A stretch of DNA of 25,809 nucleotides from IMG/VR virus record IMGVR_UViG_3300025851_000205, positions 1 to 25,809 of that record, one strand, 5' to 3'. Source of the DNA: a virus. Taxonomy: Duplodnaviria > Caudoviricetes. The position numbers and the translations under genes are program-made. Under the pieces are notes generated by a model. That model worked only from the letters and a program-made list of their open reading frames with translations, had not been told where the DNA came from and searched no databases. Positions within the stretch are counted from its first letter, which is position 1; the number at the start of each line of letters is the position of its first letter. Positions 1-8,187 of this stretch are shown here, piece after piece.

Positions 1-1272
1 TTAACTTTTAGTGCTGGCTGCTTGGGACATATATGGGTCAGATTGACCTAGCTTTTTAGCAATCTCAGCCCTATGATCAGGTCTTTCTTCCTCGATCCAA
101 CTACCATAAATTTTACGAATCATCCCCCAATCGGTATGACCCATTTGCTTAGCTAACCATATTGGTTCAGCTCCAGCCATTAACATTTGACTAGCAAAAG
201 TATGTCTTAATTGATAAGCCGGTCGATGTGTTAATTTTGCTTTCCGTAACCATTCAGCCCACTGATGATTCATAGTTGTTAATTCAGGTCGCTTGTAAGG
301 CTTATTGTCACGACTTAAAAATATCCTTCTTCTCATTACTTGTTTTGTTCTTTTATGCTTGAGATGTACTGTCTCGTTAACCGCTGGTAACATGTAGGAG
401 TATTCTCGTTGCCTTTTTAATGCCTCGAAAGCTAATGGCATTAATTCAATTTTACGGATGCCTGCAGAAGTTTTAGGTGGTTTAAGTAGGCCCTTGCGAT
501 TAATATTGTATCGGACGTGCAAAGTAGCTTTTTCTAGATCAAGATCTTCCCAAGCGAGTGCTTTCATTTCACCAGGTCTTAAACCCGACCATGCCAAAAA
601 CTCGACCATATCTTTACTTTGCCTTAAATGAACAACAGATAATAACCGCGACAATTCTTCTTGAGTAAATGGGTCAACCTGATCTTCTTCTGTAGGATCT
701 CTTTCTTGTTTAATTCTTCTAACTTTTAGGAAAGGATTAAAATCAATTCGGCCTTCTTTAACCGCTTCATCAAGCACTAGCCTAAGTGTCAGTAGATATT
801 CGCGTACTGTTGATAGTTTTAATGTCGTTAAAGCCCGTTTACGTAATAACTCGATTTCTACGTGGGTAATTTTTTTCACGTCAAAACTAAGTAAACCATG
901 CTTCTTAACCCAGCGTTTAGATGTACCGATTTTTGATAAACTAGAAAATGACAGCTCATCCTCTCTGAGTATCTCGTATATTTCAAAATAATCTGAGAGG
1001 GTAGTGCGTTCGGTGGCGTGATTATTGTCAGTTGGAAAATGTTTTCGCCAAAAGAAGTTAGGATCTACATCGAATAAGTTTGAAGCAATATCTAGGTTAA
1101 TTGCTGATAGGCGATTTATTGCCAGTGCTATATTGTTTTCGGTGACTGTTAATCCTGTTGATTTTTTCGTATAGCGAACATTGCCAGGCAACTTGAAGTG
1201 AACTCTTAGCTTGCCGCCATGAATATTCACTCCAGTTGCTTGTTTTAATTTATCTTCAGTTTTTTTATCCAT
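1..1272 (-). CDS. int: Prophage tyrosine integrase (arm-binding type)
   Basis: Catalytic set R (GLRPGE), K (PPKT), YQLRH, QMGH, Y (IYGSW). The probable start is ATG at 1272 (MDKK), 1 nt after the xis stop. It sits at the prophage end. Confidence 0.95.
   Translation of the reverse strand: MDKKTEDKLKQATGVNIHGGKLRVHFKLPGNVRYTKKSTGLTVTENNIALAINRLSAINLDIASNLFDVDPNFFWRKHFPTDNNHATERTTLSDYFEIYEILREDELSFSSLSKIGTSKRWVKKHGLLSFDVKKITHVEIELLRKRALTTLKLSTVREYLLTLRLVLDEAVKEGRIDFNPFLKVRRIKQERDPTEEDQVDPFTQEELSRLLSVVHLRQSKDMVEFLAWSGLRPGEMKALAWEDLDLEKATLHVRYNINRKGLLKPPKTSAGIRKIELMPLAFEALKRQREYSYMLPAVNETVHLKHKRTKQVMRRRIFLSRDNKPYKRPELTTMNHQWAEWLRKAKLTHRPAYQLRHTFASQMLMAGAEPIWLAKQMGHTDWGMIRKIYGSWIEEERPDHRAEIAKKLGQSDPYMSQAASTKS
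23..40. promoter_or_regulatory. Putative integrase arm-type binding sites (att core probably just left of window)
   Basis: TGGGACA (23-29) and TGGGTCA (34-40) form a direct repeat with 11-bp period at the int 3' end. Confidence 0.4.
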
Positions 1273-1273
1273 G

Positions 1274-1582
1274 TCATAAGTGACTTCGTAAAGCTGCAAT
1301 ATTGACCATTATAGTCCCTCTTTCGTCCTTCTGTCTCCAAACTTCATCTTCAGGATACTTGTGGGCTCTAATTCGTTGTCGTAATGCAGGCTGTGTTAAT
1401 CCTACACGTTTTGCTGCTAAAGATAGTACAACCCACCCCTCATCACCATTGTTTGAGCGGAGTTCAATTACTGTATTCTCTAGCTCTACAACTCGTACAT
1501 TTAATTTTTCTACTAATTCAAGGGCTTCTTTACCACAAACAAGTAACTGCGAAACCTGATCTATTTGAAGTGCTGCATTCAT
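1274..1582 (-). CDS. Excisionase-like protein (N-terminal coiled coil, C-terminal winged HTH)
   Basis: Immediately upstream of int. WVVLSLAAKRVGLTQPALRQRI is HTH-like and is followed by a WRQ..G.I.VN wing typical of phage Xis proteins. Confidence 0.65.
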   Translation of the reverse strand: MNAALQIDQVSQLLVCGKEALELVEKLNVRVVELENTVIELRSNNGDEGWVVLSLAAKRVGLTQPALRQRIRAHKYPEDEVWRQKDERGTIMVNIAALRSHL

Positions 1583-1586
1583 TGCC

Positions 1587-1766
1587 TTACTTCCTCATAC
1601 TGTTAATTTTGTTAGTTAACTTGTTTGCGCATGATGTACATATATCATCCGCACAAACATGGCCATTTGACGTTGTATTTGTTTCAGCTTCAAAAATATC
1701 GAAGTTAAATCTTCTGCCACGTTTAACTTCTTTTTTGCATAGTTCACATGTGAATTTGAATTTCAT
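1587..1766 (-). CDS. 59-aa Cys-rich (CxxC...CxxC) putative Zn-binding protein, missing from ORF track
   Basis: MKFKFTCELCKKEV...VCADDICTSCANKLTNKINSMRK*. ATG overlaps the upstream stop (TAATG) and the ORF fills the operon gap. Confidence 0.75.
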   Translation of the reverse strand: MKFKFTCELCKKEVKRGRRFNFDIFEAETNTTSNGHVCADDICTSCANKLTNKINSMRK

Positions 1767-2233
1767 TATGCCGCCAACTTATCTTGTAACTGAAGCCAAT
1801 CTACAGATCTAAATCCCGACCTAAGATGTTCATAGCAGTCATCCACTAATTGTTGATGGTTTTCCAATGGAATACATCGACTTCGACCTTCTTCAAAACC
1901 TTCAGGGACACCCTTTGACAACCAAAATGTTCGAGCTGATAAGAAAGCCTCTTTTGATTGTGGTGTATTTATGAAAAATGTATGTTTTTTGTGAGCCCAA
2001 GTTACATATTTGTCTTCAATAAGGGAGCGAATGCGCTTATATGCTTGTTGCTTGCCTAACATGTCAGTTATCAATCCTCGTTCACATGTGTGAATACCTG
2101 AAGCGTTAAGGAACCATGATTCATCAACTACGCCATACCTCCCACCGACATAATTATGCAAAACACCTTTACATAGTGTTTTTAATTGATAAGTCCAGAT
2201 CGCTTGAATTAGTGCTTCTTCATTGATTTTCAT
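1766..2233 (-). CDS. Phage hypothetical protein
   Basis: 155-aa ORF, TAATG-coupled at both ends. Confidence 0.8.
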   Translation of the reverse strand: MKINEEALIQAIWTYQLKTLCKGVLHNYVGGRYGVVDESWFLNASGIHTCERGLITDMLGKQQAYKRIRSLIEDKYVTWAHKKHTFFINTPQSKEAFLSARTFWLSKGVPEGFEEGRSRCIPLENHQQLVDDCYEHLRSGFRSVDWLQLQDKLAA

Positions 2234-3264
2234 TACGCAGCTTCCTGAAATATTGGTTTAACAGTTAGGTATGATTGAGTTCGGTAGTACTTAACTTCCG
2301 ACTCTGTGTATTTACCGGCATCAATAGTGTCAGAGGTATAGCCACTGCCATTAGATCCATAATAAAGGCCATCCTTTATCACATGGTAAAGTGGTTCATC
2401 ACCGAATAATTGAGCTTTAACTGCTTTGGCTTTATCGAAGTCCATGCACTTTACAGCTCGGCTCATTGTTTTTTCTAGTTCGCGTCTGCGTATATATGTA
2501 TTTTGTTTAACTCGTAAATTATCAGGTTTTTTTACATAAATTGAGCTGTTCGAAATACATGAATAATCATATTTTCCTGTAATTACATTCCAGTTCATAT
2601 TTAAGTCGTAATAGGCAACACCTTTAATAAACCGACCACGATAATCTAATGCGTAAACAGGCATACCATGCTCAATAGTTACTCCATCTGCTGATTTATG
2701 GTACGAGTCAGTGATTCTTGCATGACCAAGCTCTGCTACATAATGACCGCTTGATTTAATTCTCTTTTGCACCAGGTCAAATGCTAATTTGCGTTTGCGC
2801 GGAAACTCCATAGAATTTTTACCAATAAGAACATCATAATGTTTGGTTAGGTGCTTAAGTATTTGCATTCGAACTAGGTGTGTTCTTATGCGTAACAAAT
2901 AGGGCATCTTGCTTTCTTTATTAAAAATATACCGGCCACCATTTGAATTGTCAGCCTTATGATCAATAACATCTTCCCAAAATGAAAAAGTAAGGCACCT
3001 ACCTGAAATATAAGATTCAAACTCAAGACCTGAATGTTCACCTTTTCTAAATCGCTCGGTCCATTTTTTGTTGAATGTTTTACCATAACTTGAGCAAGTG
3101 TCGATTTCTCCATAGGGAGTTCTAATAGCCCAGCCAAATCTTCTAAGCTTTGCACAAACACTTAATGTTACTTTCTTGAGAAAAACTTCATCACATTTAT
3201 CTAACCAGATACTTAGTTCACCATCACTGATGTTGACAGTGAATTGTGGGTTTGATTTGTTCAT
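2233..3264 (-). CDS. Phage hypothetical protein (basic; C-terminal YYG..G.GYT...AGKY motif)
   Basis: 343-aa ORF with TAATG coupling and GGGAGAG RBS. Confidence 0.85.
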   Translation of the reverse strand: MNKSNPQFTVNISDGELSIWLDKCDEVFLKKVTLSVCAKLRRFGWAIRTPYGEIDTCSSYGKTFNKKWTERFRKGEHSGLEFESYISGRCLTFSFWEDVIDHKADNSNGGRYIFNKESKMPYLLRIRTHLVRMQILKHLTKHYDVLIGKNSMEFPRKRKLAFDLVQKRIKSSGHYVAELGHARITDSYHKSADGVTIEHGMPVYALDYRGRFIKGVAYYDLNMNWNVITGKYDYSCISNSSIYVKKPDNLRVKQNTYIRRRELEKTMSRAVKCMDFDKAKAVKAQLFGDEPLYHVIKDGLYYGSNGSGYTSDTIDAGKYTESEVKYYRTQSYLTVKPIFQEAA

Positions 3265-3857
3265 TACGCAGCTCTCCCTAATACAATTTTTCTATCTAGA
3301 TCAGCACGAACAAAATCAACGTACTCAGTAATATTAAAATGACGGGGTGAAAATTCCACGAAACAACTTGAAAAATTAACGCCTGACTTTTGCGTTTTAC
3401 CATCGATATCAAGGAATGGATAACGACCATCAGGAACAAACACTCGAGCCGCTTTGTTGTTTATCAAATCCCGCCACCATCCGGTAGTACGCTCCCAAGG
3501 CAATAGCATGACGATAGTTGCGCCTAATTTACTGTAACGGTAACACTCTTCAATAAATTCAAACTTGTTATCGAATGGAGGGTTACACCACATTGCACTT
3601 TGCTTGAATGGATGACGAACTGTTTCAATATTGGCAATGTTCTTTTCAATCTGAGAAAGACGAAGCCTCCAATCTACATTAAACGCATTCTCTTCAGGAC
3701 TGATAAAATTTGCACATTTAGCTGTTTCTTTTTCTGCGCAAACATCAAGAAGAAACGCATGGCCGGTTAATCTAGCTGCATGATTATTACATCGCCACGT
3801 TGTACCCCAACGATTCTTTTCGTTAGCTTTTGAGGTGCTTTTTACTAAGATAGCCAT
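3264..3857 (-). CDS. dam: Phage DNA N6-adenine methyltransferase (phage Dam family)
   Basis: W.T.W...LDVCA...AKC..F motif, catalytic WCNPPF, VMLLP..T.WW. Start re-assigned to ATG 3857. Confidence 0.85.
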   Translation of the reverse strand: MAILVKSTSKANEKNRWGTTWRCNNHAARLTGHAFLLDVCAEKETAKCANFISPEENAFNVDWRLRLSQIEKNIANIETVRHPFKQSAMWCNPPFDNKFEFIEECYRYSKLGATIVMLLPWERTTGWWRDLINNKAARVFVPDGRYPFLDIDGKTQKSGVNFSSCFVEFSPRHFNITEYVDFVRADLDRKIVLGRAA

Positions 3858-3858
3858 A

Positions 3859-4704
3859 CTAACCACCCATCGCTTGTAAATCGTCAACCTGAATAGTCCA
3901 ACCTTTGCTTTTAAATTTTCGAAGCATCATAGCTGCATGGTCCTTAGTCGATGTCTTAGGACGCACAGGGGCTTTACCTAGTACAATTTCACCATCTTCA
4001 TCAAGAGTCATTAAACAACCGCGACCATCATCATTTAGATATAAGAAACTAATCTCTTTACCGGTCATGCCGCGAGAAGGGATTTGCATAACTTTAGGAA
4101 ATAACCACAAGTGATCCCCGTTTTCGTTATATGCTTCAGTCATATCTATTTCGCGCAAACGGTAAGTGATTTCTTTTACTTCATCTTCAGCTTTAGTGAT
4201 TGCATGACGATATTTTTTTACTTCGATTTTATGCTGTGTTTCAGCTGCTACATATTTTGCAGCACGTTCTTGGTAGCCTTTATTTTTATCACGAATTTTC
4301 TTAGGCGAGCCGAGTTGTTTATAAGAAGCAATAGTCAAAAGTGCGTCATTAAGTTTTGTACTCATTTGCGCTTTTTCACGATTCGCCTGTTCAAGCATCT
4401 GAATTTGCTGTGCAGCGTTATCCGTAACTTTTTGAGCTTGCTTGTTGAAATCCTTTTCTTTATCTTCAAAGGCTCGGATAGCACTTGTTAAGTTATCAAC
4501 ATCAGCAAGGGCAATATCTAAACGCTTGCTCATATTAGACAATTGCATTTTAAGGAAGGTGTTTTCTTGCTCAGAGGTTTTGAGTTCTTCAAGTATATCG
4601 TTATGCTCGTCAGCGTCAGCATTGTAAGCTTCGAATAATTGAGTGATTGCTAAACCAAGAGGTAAAACGTTGTTTTCTGCTTGTTCTGTTTGTTGTGCTT
4701 GCAT
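3859..4704 (-). CDS. Long coiled-coil phage protein of unknown function
   Basis: 281 aa, heptad-rich (E/K/Q/A/L) over ~190 aa with a globular C-terminus. The RBS lies inside a hairpin. Confidence 0.8.
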   Translation of the reverse strand: MQAQQTEQAENNVLPLGLAITQLFEAYNADADEHNDILEELKTSEQENTFLKMQLSNMSKRLDIALADVDNLTSAIRAFEDKEKDFNKQAQKVTDNAAQQIQMLEQANREKAQMSTKLNDALLTIASYKQLGSPKKIRDKNKGYQERAAKYVAAETQHKIEVKKYRHAITKAEDEVKEITYRLREIDMTEAYNENGDHLWLFPKVMQIPSRGMTGKEISFLYLNDDGRGCLMTLDEDGEIVLGKAPVRPKTSTKDHAAMMLRKFKSKGWTIQVDDLQAMGG

Positions 4705-4729
4705 AATTACTCCACCAAGAATTATTATG
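4702..4729 (-). promoter_or_regulatory. RNA hairpin sequestering RBS and AUG of the 3859-4704 gene
   Basis: Minus strand CATAAT-AA-TTCTTGGTGGAG-TA-ATTATG. The GGAG SD and the ATG are inside the structure. Confidence 0.6.
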
Positions 4730-4762
4730 TGAATTTATGGCGCCATAAAGACGCCTACTTAT

Positions 4763-5914
4763 TTACGCTGCTTTTAAAACTTGTCTTGAACCATTGTGAC
4801 CAGGTTCCGAAATAACATCGTTAGCCTCGAGCTGTTCAACTAGCCTAGCTGCTCGGTTGTAGCCAATACGAAACTTACGTTGGATGCTTGATATTGATAC
4901 CCTGCGACTTTCAAGGATAAATGCTTCAGCTTCGTCGTATAGAGAGTCCTGCTCGTCATCTTCAGCTATTTCCTTGAGCTTTATCACTTCGTGACTACCT
5001 TCTAAGTAATCAGTGGCTTTTACGTTAAATTCGCTGAGTAAATCGTAAATAAACCTATTCAATTCACCAGACATGAGCGCAAAGTCTGCATCAAGTTTCG
5101 CTATAACATCATCACTATCAATATCATCGTTTTGCTCATGAATAACATCGAAGAACTTAAGGCGTTTAATAGATAAATCATCGTTAAGAATGAAGGACAT
5201 TGATTCATCCCATTCAAGCGCAACTTTTACAACGTACTTATCAGCATCTAAATGCTTTTTGATTTCTTCACTTGCTAGGTCTTGGTTTTTAGCACGAATA
5301 ATTGCACCATCATCACCAAGTGCATGAAGTTCAGCTTCCATTCCTAACGTGAATTTATCGCCAATACTCTTATCACTTAACCACTCTGTCATGAGTTCGT
5401 CAGGGGCTTTTTCAGGCGAAACACTTGTTACTGGTAATGTGCCAATGACTTTACGAAGTAGGGCGAGTAAATCTTCTGCTTTACCGCGGCTACTTGAATT
5501 AACAACAATGATGTTTTGTTCGGGGCATATATAAGCATGAGTATCAACAACGCGAGAGAATGCGCGGGGTAACAGCTCAAAAACAATATCTTCTTTAAAT
5601 TGTTCTCGTTCTTTTTTAGTTGCACTGCGACCCTGTTCAACTTCAAGCAATTCAACTTTAGCTTCAATCATATCTTTGATAACCGGAGCAGGAATTATTT
5701 TCTCTTCCTTTCTAGCACATATAAGCATGCTGCCATTTGATTCATGAACAGTTGAATGGCCATGCTTACCTAGTGCATTAACCCAACCAAAATGGGATTG
5801 TTCAGTTGAGCCACAAGGTGTAAATAAATGTTCAGATAGGTGCTGCTCAAGTTGCTCTACTGTTAAAGTAAATTGACGAGTAAAAGCGAAAAAATAGATA
5901 TTGTTAAACCACAT
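4763..5914 (-). CDS. rdgC: RdgC recombination-associated protein fused to a C-terminal FtsK gamma (winged-helix) domain
   Basis: RdgC signature MWFNN...F.PC...E.S..GW...LLPRAF...ADFALM. The last ~60 aa (4766-4948) DSLYDEA..F....[26 protein letters not shown]...IS...NG.RQVL match FtsK-gamma. Confidence 0.93.
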   Translation of the reverse strand: MWFNNIYFFAFTRQFTLTVEQLEQHLSEHLFTPCGSTEQSHFGWVNALGKHGHSTVHESNGSMLICARKEEKIIPAPVIKDMIEAKVELLEVEQGRSATKKEREQFKEDIVFELLPRAFSRVVDTHAYICPEQNIIVVNSSSRGKAEDLLALLRKVIGTLPVTSVSPEKAPDELMTEWLSDKSIGDKFTLGMEAELHALGDDGAIIRAKNQDLASEEIKKHLDADKYVVKVALEWDESMSFILNDDLSIKRLKFFDVIHEQNDDIDSDDVIAKLDADFALMSGELNRFIYDLLSEFNVKATDYLEGSHEVIKLKEIAEDDEQDSLYDEAEAFILESRRVSISSIQRKFRIGYNRAARLVEQLEANDVISEPGHNGSRQVLKAA

Positions 5915-5936
5915 AGTTATTACCTTTTATTATAAA

Positions 5937-6332
5937 TTAAGCTGCCTCTGCAGCTTGTTGGTGCTCTTCATGAAGAGGTATCCATTTCATTAATGGCTTA
6001 CCCGTTGCTTTACTGATCACTGCATAAGCTTCAGCATTTAGTTTTGGGACTTTTTTCATAATTGAGATATCACAAAAATTAGACTTGTCATCTCTCATCA
6101 TTTCGAAAGCTTCTATGGCAATTTTTGGGGTACTAAATTCATGTGTACAACGCATTGGCTTCATATCAGAAAATGTTTCATCAATGTATTTATCAACCAG
6201 CGCTTGCTTTTCAGTTTGCGAAGCTTTATTCATTTTAACGAGCTCTTGGCTGATATCGCTTTTGTCATTCATCATTAGCTTATCCACCGTTTTTTTTGCT
6301 GCTTGTCGGCTTTTTCCGAAAATACTAAACAT
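5937..6332 (-). CDS. Phage hypothetical protein
   Basis: 131 aa with a strong GGGAGGT RBS. Confidence 0.8.
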   Translation of the reverse strand: MFSIFGKSRQAAKKTVDKLMMNDKSDISQELVKMNKASQTEKQALVDKYIDETFSDMKPMRCTHEFSTPKIAIEAFEMMRDDKSNFCDISIMKKVPKLNAEAYAVISKATGKPLMKWIPLHEEHQQAAEAA

Positions 6333-6353
6333 GATTATTACCTCCCGTTAGGG

Positions 6354-6398
6354 GCGGCAACTGCTGGAGAGAATCACAGCTGCCGCATTTGGTGGAAC
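6354..6398 (-). promoter_or_regulatory. Intergenic RNA element: single-stranded UCCACCAA followed by a 10-bp hairpin with a CUCUCC loop
   Basis: Minus strand GTTCCACCAAAT GCGGCAGCTG TGATTCTCTCCAG CAGTTGCCGC. Confidence 0.5.
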
Positions 6399-6428
6399 TG
6401 GTTGAATGACAAGTCACTATAAATTTCA

Positions 6429-6680
6429 TTAGAGAGCTCCTTGCATGGCGTTTTCAGCAGGTACTATTGCGTATAAATCTTGAAGCAACGCCTTTAGTTT
6501 TAAATTAGCGTCATGCTGTTCCAAATCGATAGCTCGATTGATGTGATGACCAATGCAGATAACGCAGAAAAAGTTTAATTGGAATGAGCTTCCTATATTC
6601 ATACCAGCGCGGTTACCTGCTGATATAGCCATAGAAATGGTGTCCAATACCTTATTAACGTTTGCAGTATTTGTATGCAT
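6429..6680 (-). CDS. Small phage protein (antisense-regulated candidate)
   Basis: 83 aa with GGAGAG RBS. The N-terminus MHTNTANVN encodes an opposite-strand promoter-like sequence. Confidence 0.75.
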   Translation of the reverse strand: MHTNTANVNKVLDTISMAISAGNRAGMNIGSSFQLNFFCVICIGHHINRAIDLEQHDANLKLKALLQDLYAIVPAENAMQGAL

Positions 6681-6689
6681 AATGTACTC

Positions 6690-6766
6690 TCCGTTTGTCA
6701 GCCCGATAACGTTTGTTATCGGTGGTTAATGGCCGCTACTCCACCAAGAACTGCGGCCGTTTTCTT
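6690..6766 (+). ncRNA. Putative Sar/OOP-like small antisense RNA (two hairpins, ends in terminator)
   Basis: + strand promoter candidates TTAACG-17-CATAAT (6655-6683) or TTGCAG-17-TACTCT (6662-6690). Hairpin CCGATAAC/GTTATCGG, then GGCCGC..GCGGCC followed by GTTTTCTT. Confidence 0.45.
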
Positions 6767-7076
6767 AATGGCTAATAGAATCAGCCATCTTTTGAATTTT
6801 CTCTTCTGCTATACCTCTAACAAGTAACCTCAGCTCACTCATTGCGAATAAATCACCTGTGATTAGCTTGTAAAGAATAGGGATAATCAACTCGTTTTGA
6901 CTTACTGAAATCAATATATCGTCAAGTTCAATTTCACCAAAAGTGCTATCACCTAATCCGTTAATGATTAATTCATTAATTGCACGTTCATTAATTAATT
7001 CAATCGTGTTTATTTTGTTATCTGCGTAAGCGTTGATTGAAACTTGTTCTGTAACAAAATAATTCATGATAATCAT
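6765..7076 (-). CDS. First gene of leftward early operon, acidic hypothetical protein
   Basis: 103-aa ORF directly downstream of the PL-like promoter. Confidence 0.75.
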   Translation of the reverse strand: MIIMNYFVTEQVSINAYADNKINTIELINERAINELIINGLGDSTFGEIELDDILISVSQNELIIPILYKLITGDLFAMSELRLLVRGIAEEKIQKMADSISH

Positions 7077-7144
7077 CCCTTTATAGTTAATAAACTGTTA
7101 ATGTTTATGCTTGTTTTATGTGTTTTTTTGTTCTTATGGGATTT

Positions 7145-7173
7145 AATATAGATTAACTGACTCACATATGCAA
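7145..7173 (-). promoter_or_regulatory. PL-like sigma70 promoter
   Basis: Minus strand TTGCAT (7173-7168), 17-nt spacer, TATATT (7150-7145). It is overlapped by an operator-like site. Confidence 0.6.
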
Positions 7174-7196
7174 CAATTAAATGAATCACATGTGAT
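7160..7196. promoter_or_regulatory. OL-like operators
   Basis: ACTCACATATG (7160-7170) and palindrome ATCACATGTGAT (7185-7196) share the TCAYATRTGA core with the site between repressor and cro. Confidence 0.6.
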
Positions 7197-7331
7197 CTAT
7201 TTTAGCTTAACTAGATCTTTGATGGACTAGAGTGAGGATATTTTGTAATATGTGATTTAGTTATATTTATTTTATTAACACTCAATTAGCTAATTGAACT
7301 TAATAACCCAATAATTAGATAAGGAATAAAA

Positions 7332-7586
7332 ATGCAAGTACAAAGTTCTGAAGTCGGTACAAAACCGACAACGACTAACATTGCTCGACCGGTTAGTGAG
7401 AGCGCAACAGAAAATGAAGAAGTATCTACTGAACAAGTAGTTACAAGCAACACTGACAATGTTACATTATCAGCAGAAGCAATTGCTTTGTCTGAACAAT
7501 CCGCGGCGGATGATAATGGTGGTGATGGTAATGGTGAGCTACCTGAACGACCACCTAAGAAACCACCAGAAACGGAAACACCGTAA
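7332..7586 (+). CDS. 84-aa acidic, disordered peptide with FlgM-like D.V.LS.EA..L motif and Gly/Pro-rich tail
   Basis: AAGGAA RBS. T/S/E-rich N-terminus, DNVTLSAEAIALS (7455-7493), C-terminal GGDGNGELPERPPKKPPETETP. No Sec signal. Confidence 0.75.
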   Translation: MQVQSSEVGTKPTTTNIARPVSESATENEEVSTEQVVTSNTDNVTLSAEAIALSEQSAADDNGGDGNGELPERPPKKPPETETP

Positions 7587-7608
7587 AATTTAATCATGGA
7601 CAGGTAAA

Positions 7609-8187
7609 ATGGAATTTAGCTTAGTAAGTTTATTTGGTTATACAATGGATAACTGGTTTATTTGTTTTGGTATCTTAGGCGTGGCATTAAGCGCCCATAT
7701 CAAAAGAGATAGGATGATTATTTTTGCTGTTACCTTATGTTCAATAATGGGTCATTTCATCAGTCCTTATTTTTATGGTATGGGTGATGCTTGGAAATAT
7801 TGGGGGTTATTTGGCTCATCAATTGGCTTCATAAAATTAGCATGTATTATTTTTCTAATTAAAATGAACCCTTTATATCGTACAAAACTCGCTGAGTGGC
7901 TAGGTTTTATTTATATCTTTCAGGTGGGATTTCACGGCTTAAATCATCTTGATTATGCCGTTCTTAGGACCGATTACTTGACAGTCCCGTTATTCTCTAT
8001 TGAGTTGTTCGGGGAATCTATCAAATACAATGCTTATAAAGTGGTAGTTCAATCTTTAAATGGTATGGCATTGCTTTCAATATATGGAAATTGGTTTTTA
8101 AAACTATTAAATCACGGAGAAAATAATGGAGATTGTCAGTCTAATTCTGATAGTAGTTCTTTTTACGCTCGGACTCGCAGCATATAA
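7609..8187 (+). CDS. Polytopic (~5 TM) inner-membrane protein of unknown function
   Basis: About five hydrophobic segments, with polar residues (Q,H,N,H,D) in the fourth. CAGGT RBS. Confidence 0.8.
   Translation: MEFSLVSLFGYTMDNWFICFGILGVALSAHIKRDRMIIFAVTLCSIMGHFISPYFYGMGDAWKYWGLFGSSIGFIKLACIIFLIKMNPLYRTKLAEWLGFIYIFQVGFHGLNHLDYAVLRTDYLTVPLFSIELFGESIKYNAYKVVVQSLNGMALLSIYGNWFLKLLNHGENNGDCQSNSDSSSFYARTRSI

Noticed and set aside
1624-1651. dif-like sequence TTTGCGCATGA-TGTACA
   Set aside because: Only the XerC arm and spacer resemble dif. The XerD arm (TTATGTTAAAT) is absent, and the site lies in a coding region.
1302-1812. + strand ORFs 1302-1559 and 1384-1812, and other antisense or nested ORFs in the track (e.g. 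4111-4491, 7286-7597, 8107-8430, 25260-25592)
   Set aside because: These are shadow frames of well-supported genes, with no RBS or recognisable motifs.
3264-3857. Restriction-modification system
   Set aside because: This is an orphan phage methyltransferase with no adjacent recognisable endonuclease.
4728-4735. 8-nt complementarity between the OOP-like RNA 5' end (UGUGAAUU) and the 4704 leader
   Set aside because: An AT-rich 8-mer is expected by chance in a window this size, and it also coincides with an operator half-site.
7288-7314. Sigma28 promoter for the FlgM-like peptide (CCCAATAA as -10)
   Set aside because: Two mismatches to GCCGATAA and no TAAA -35 at the correct spacing.
7332-7586. 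Calling the peptide FlgM
   Set aside because: It has only the N-terminal-type motif and lacks the C-terminal sigma28-binding helices (KV..IK.AI..G.Y).
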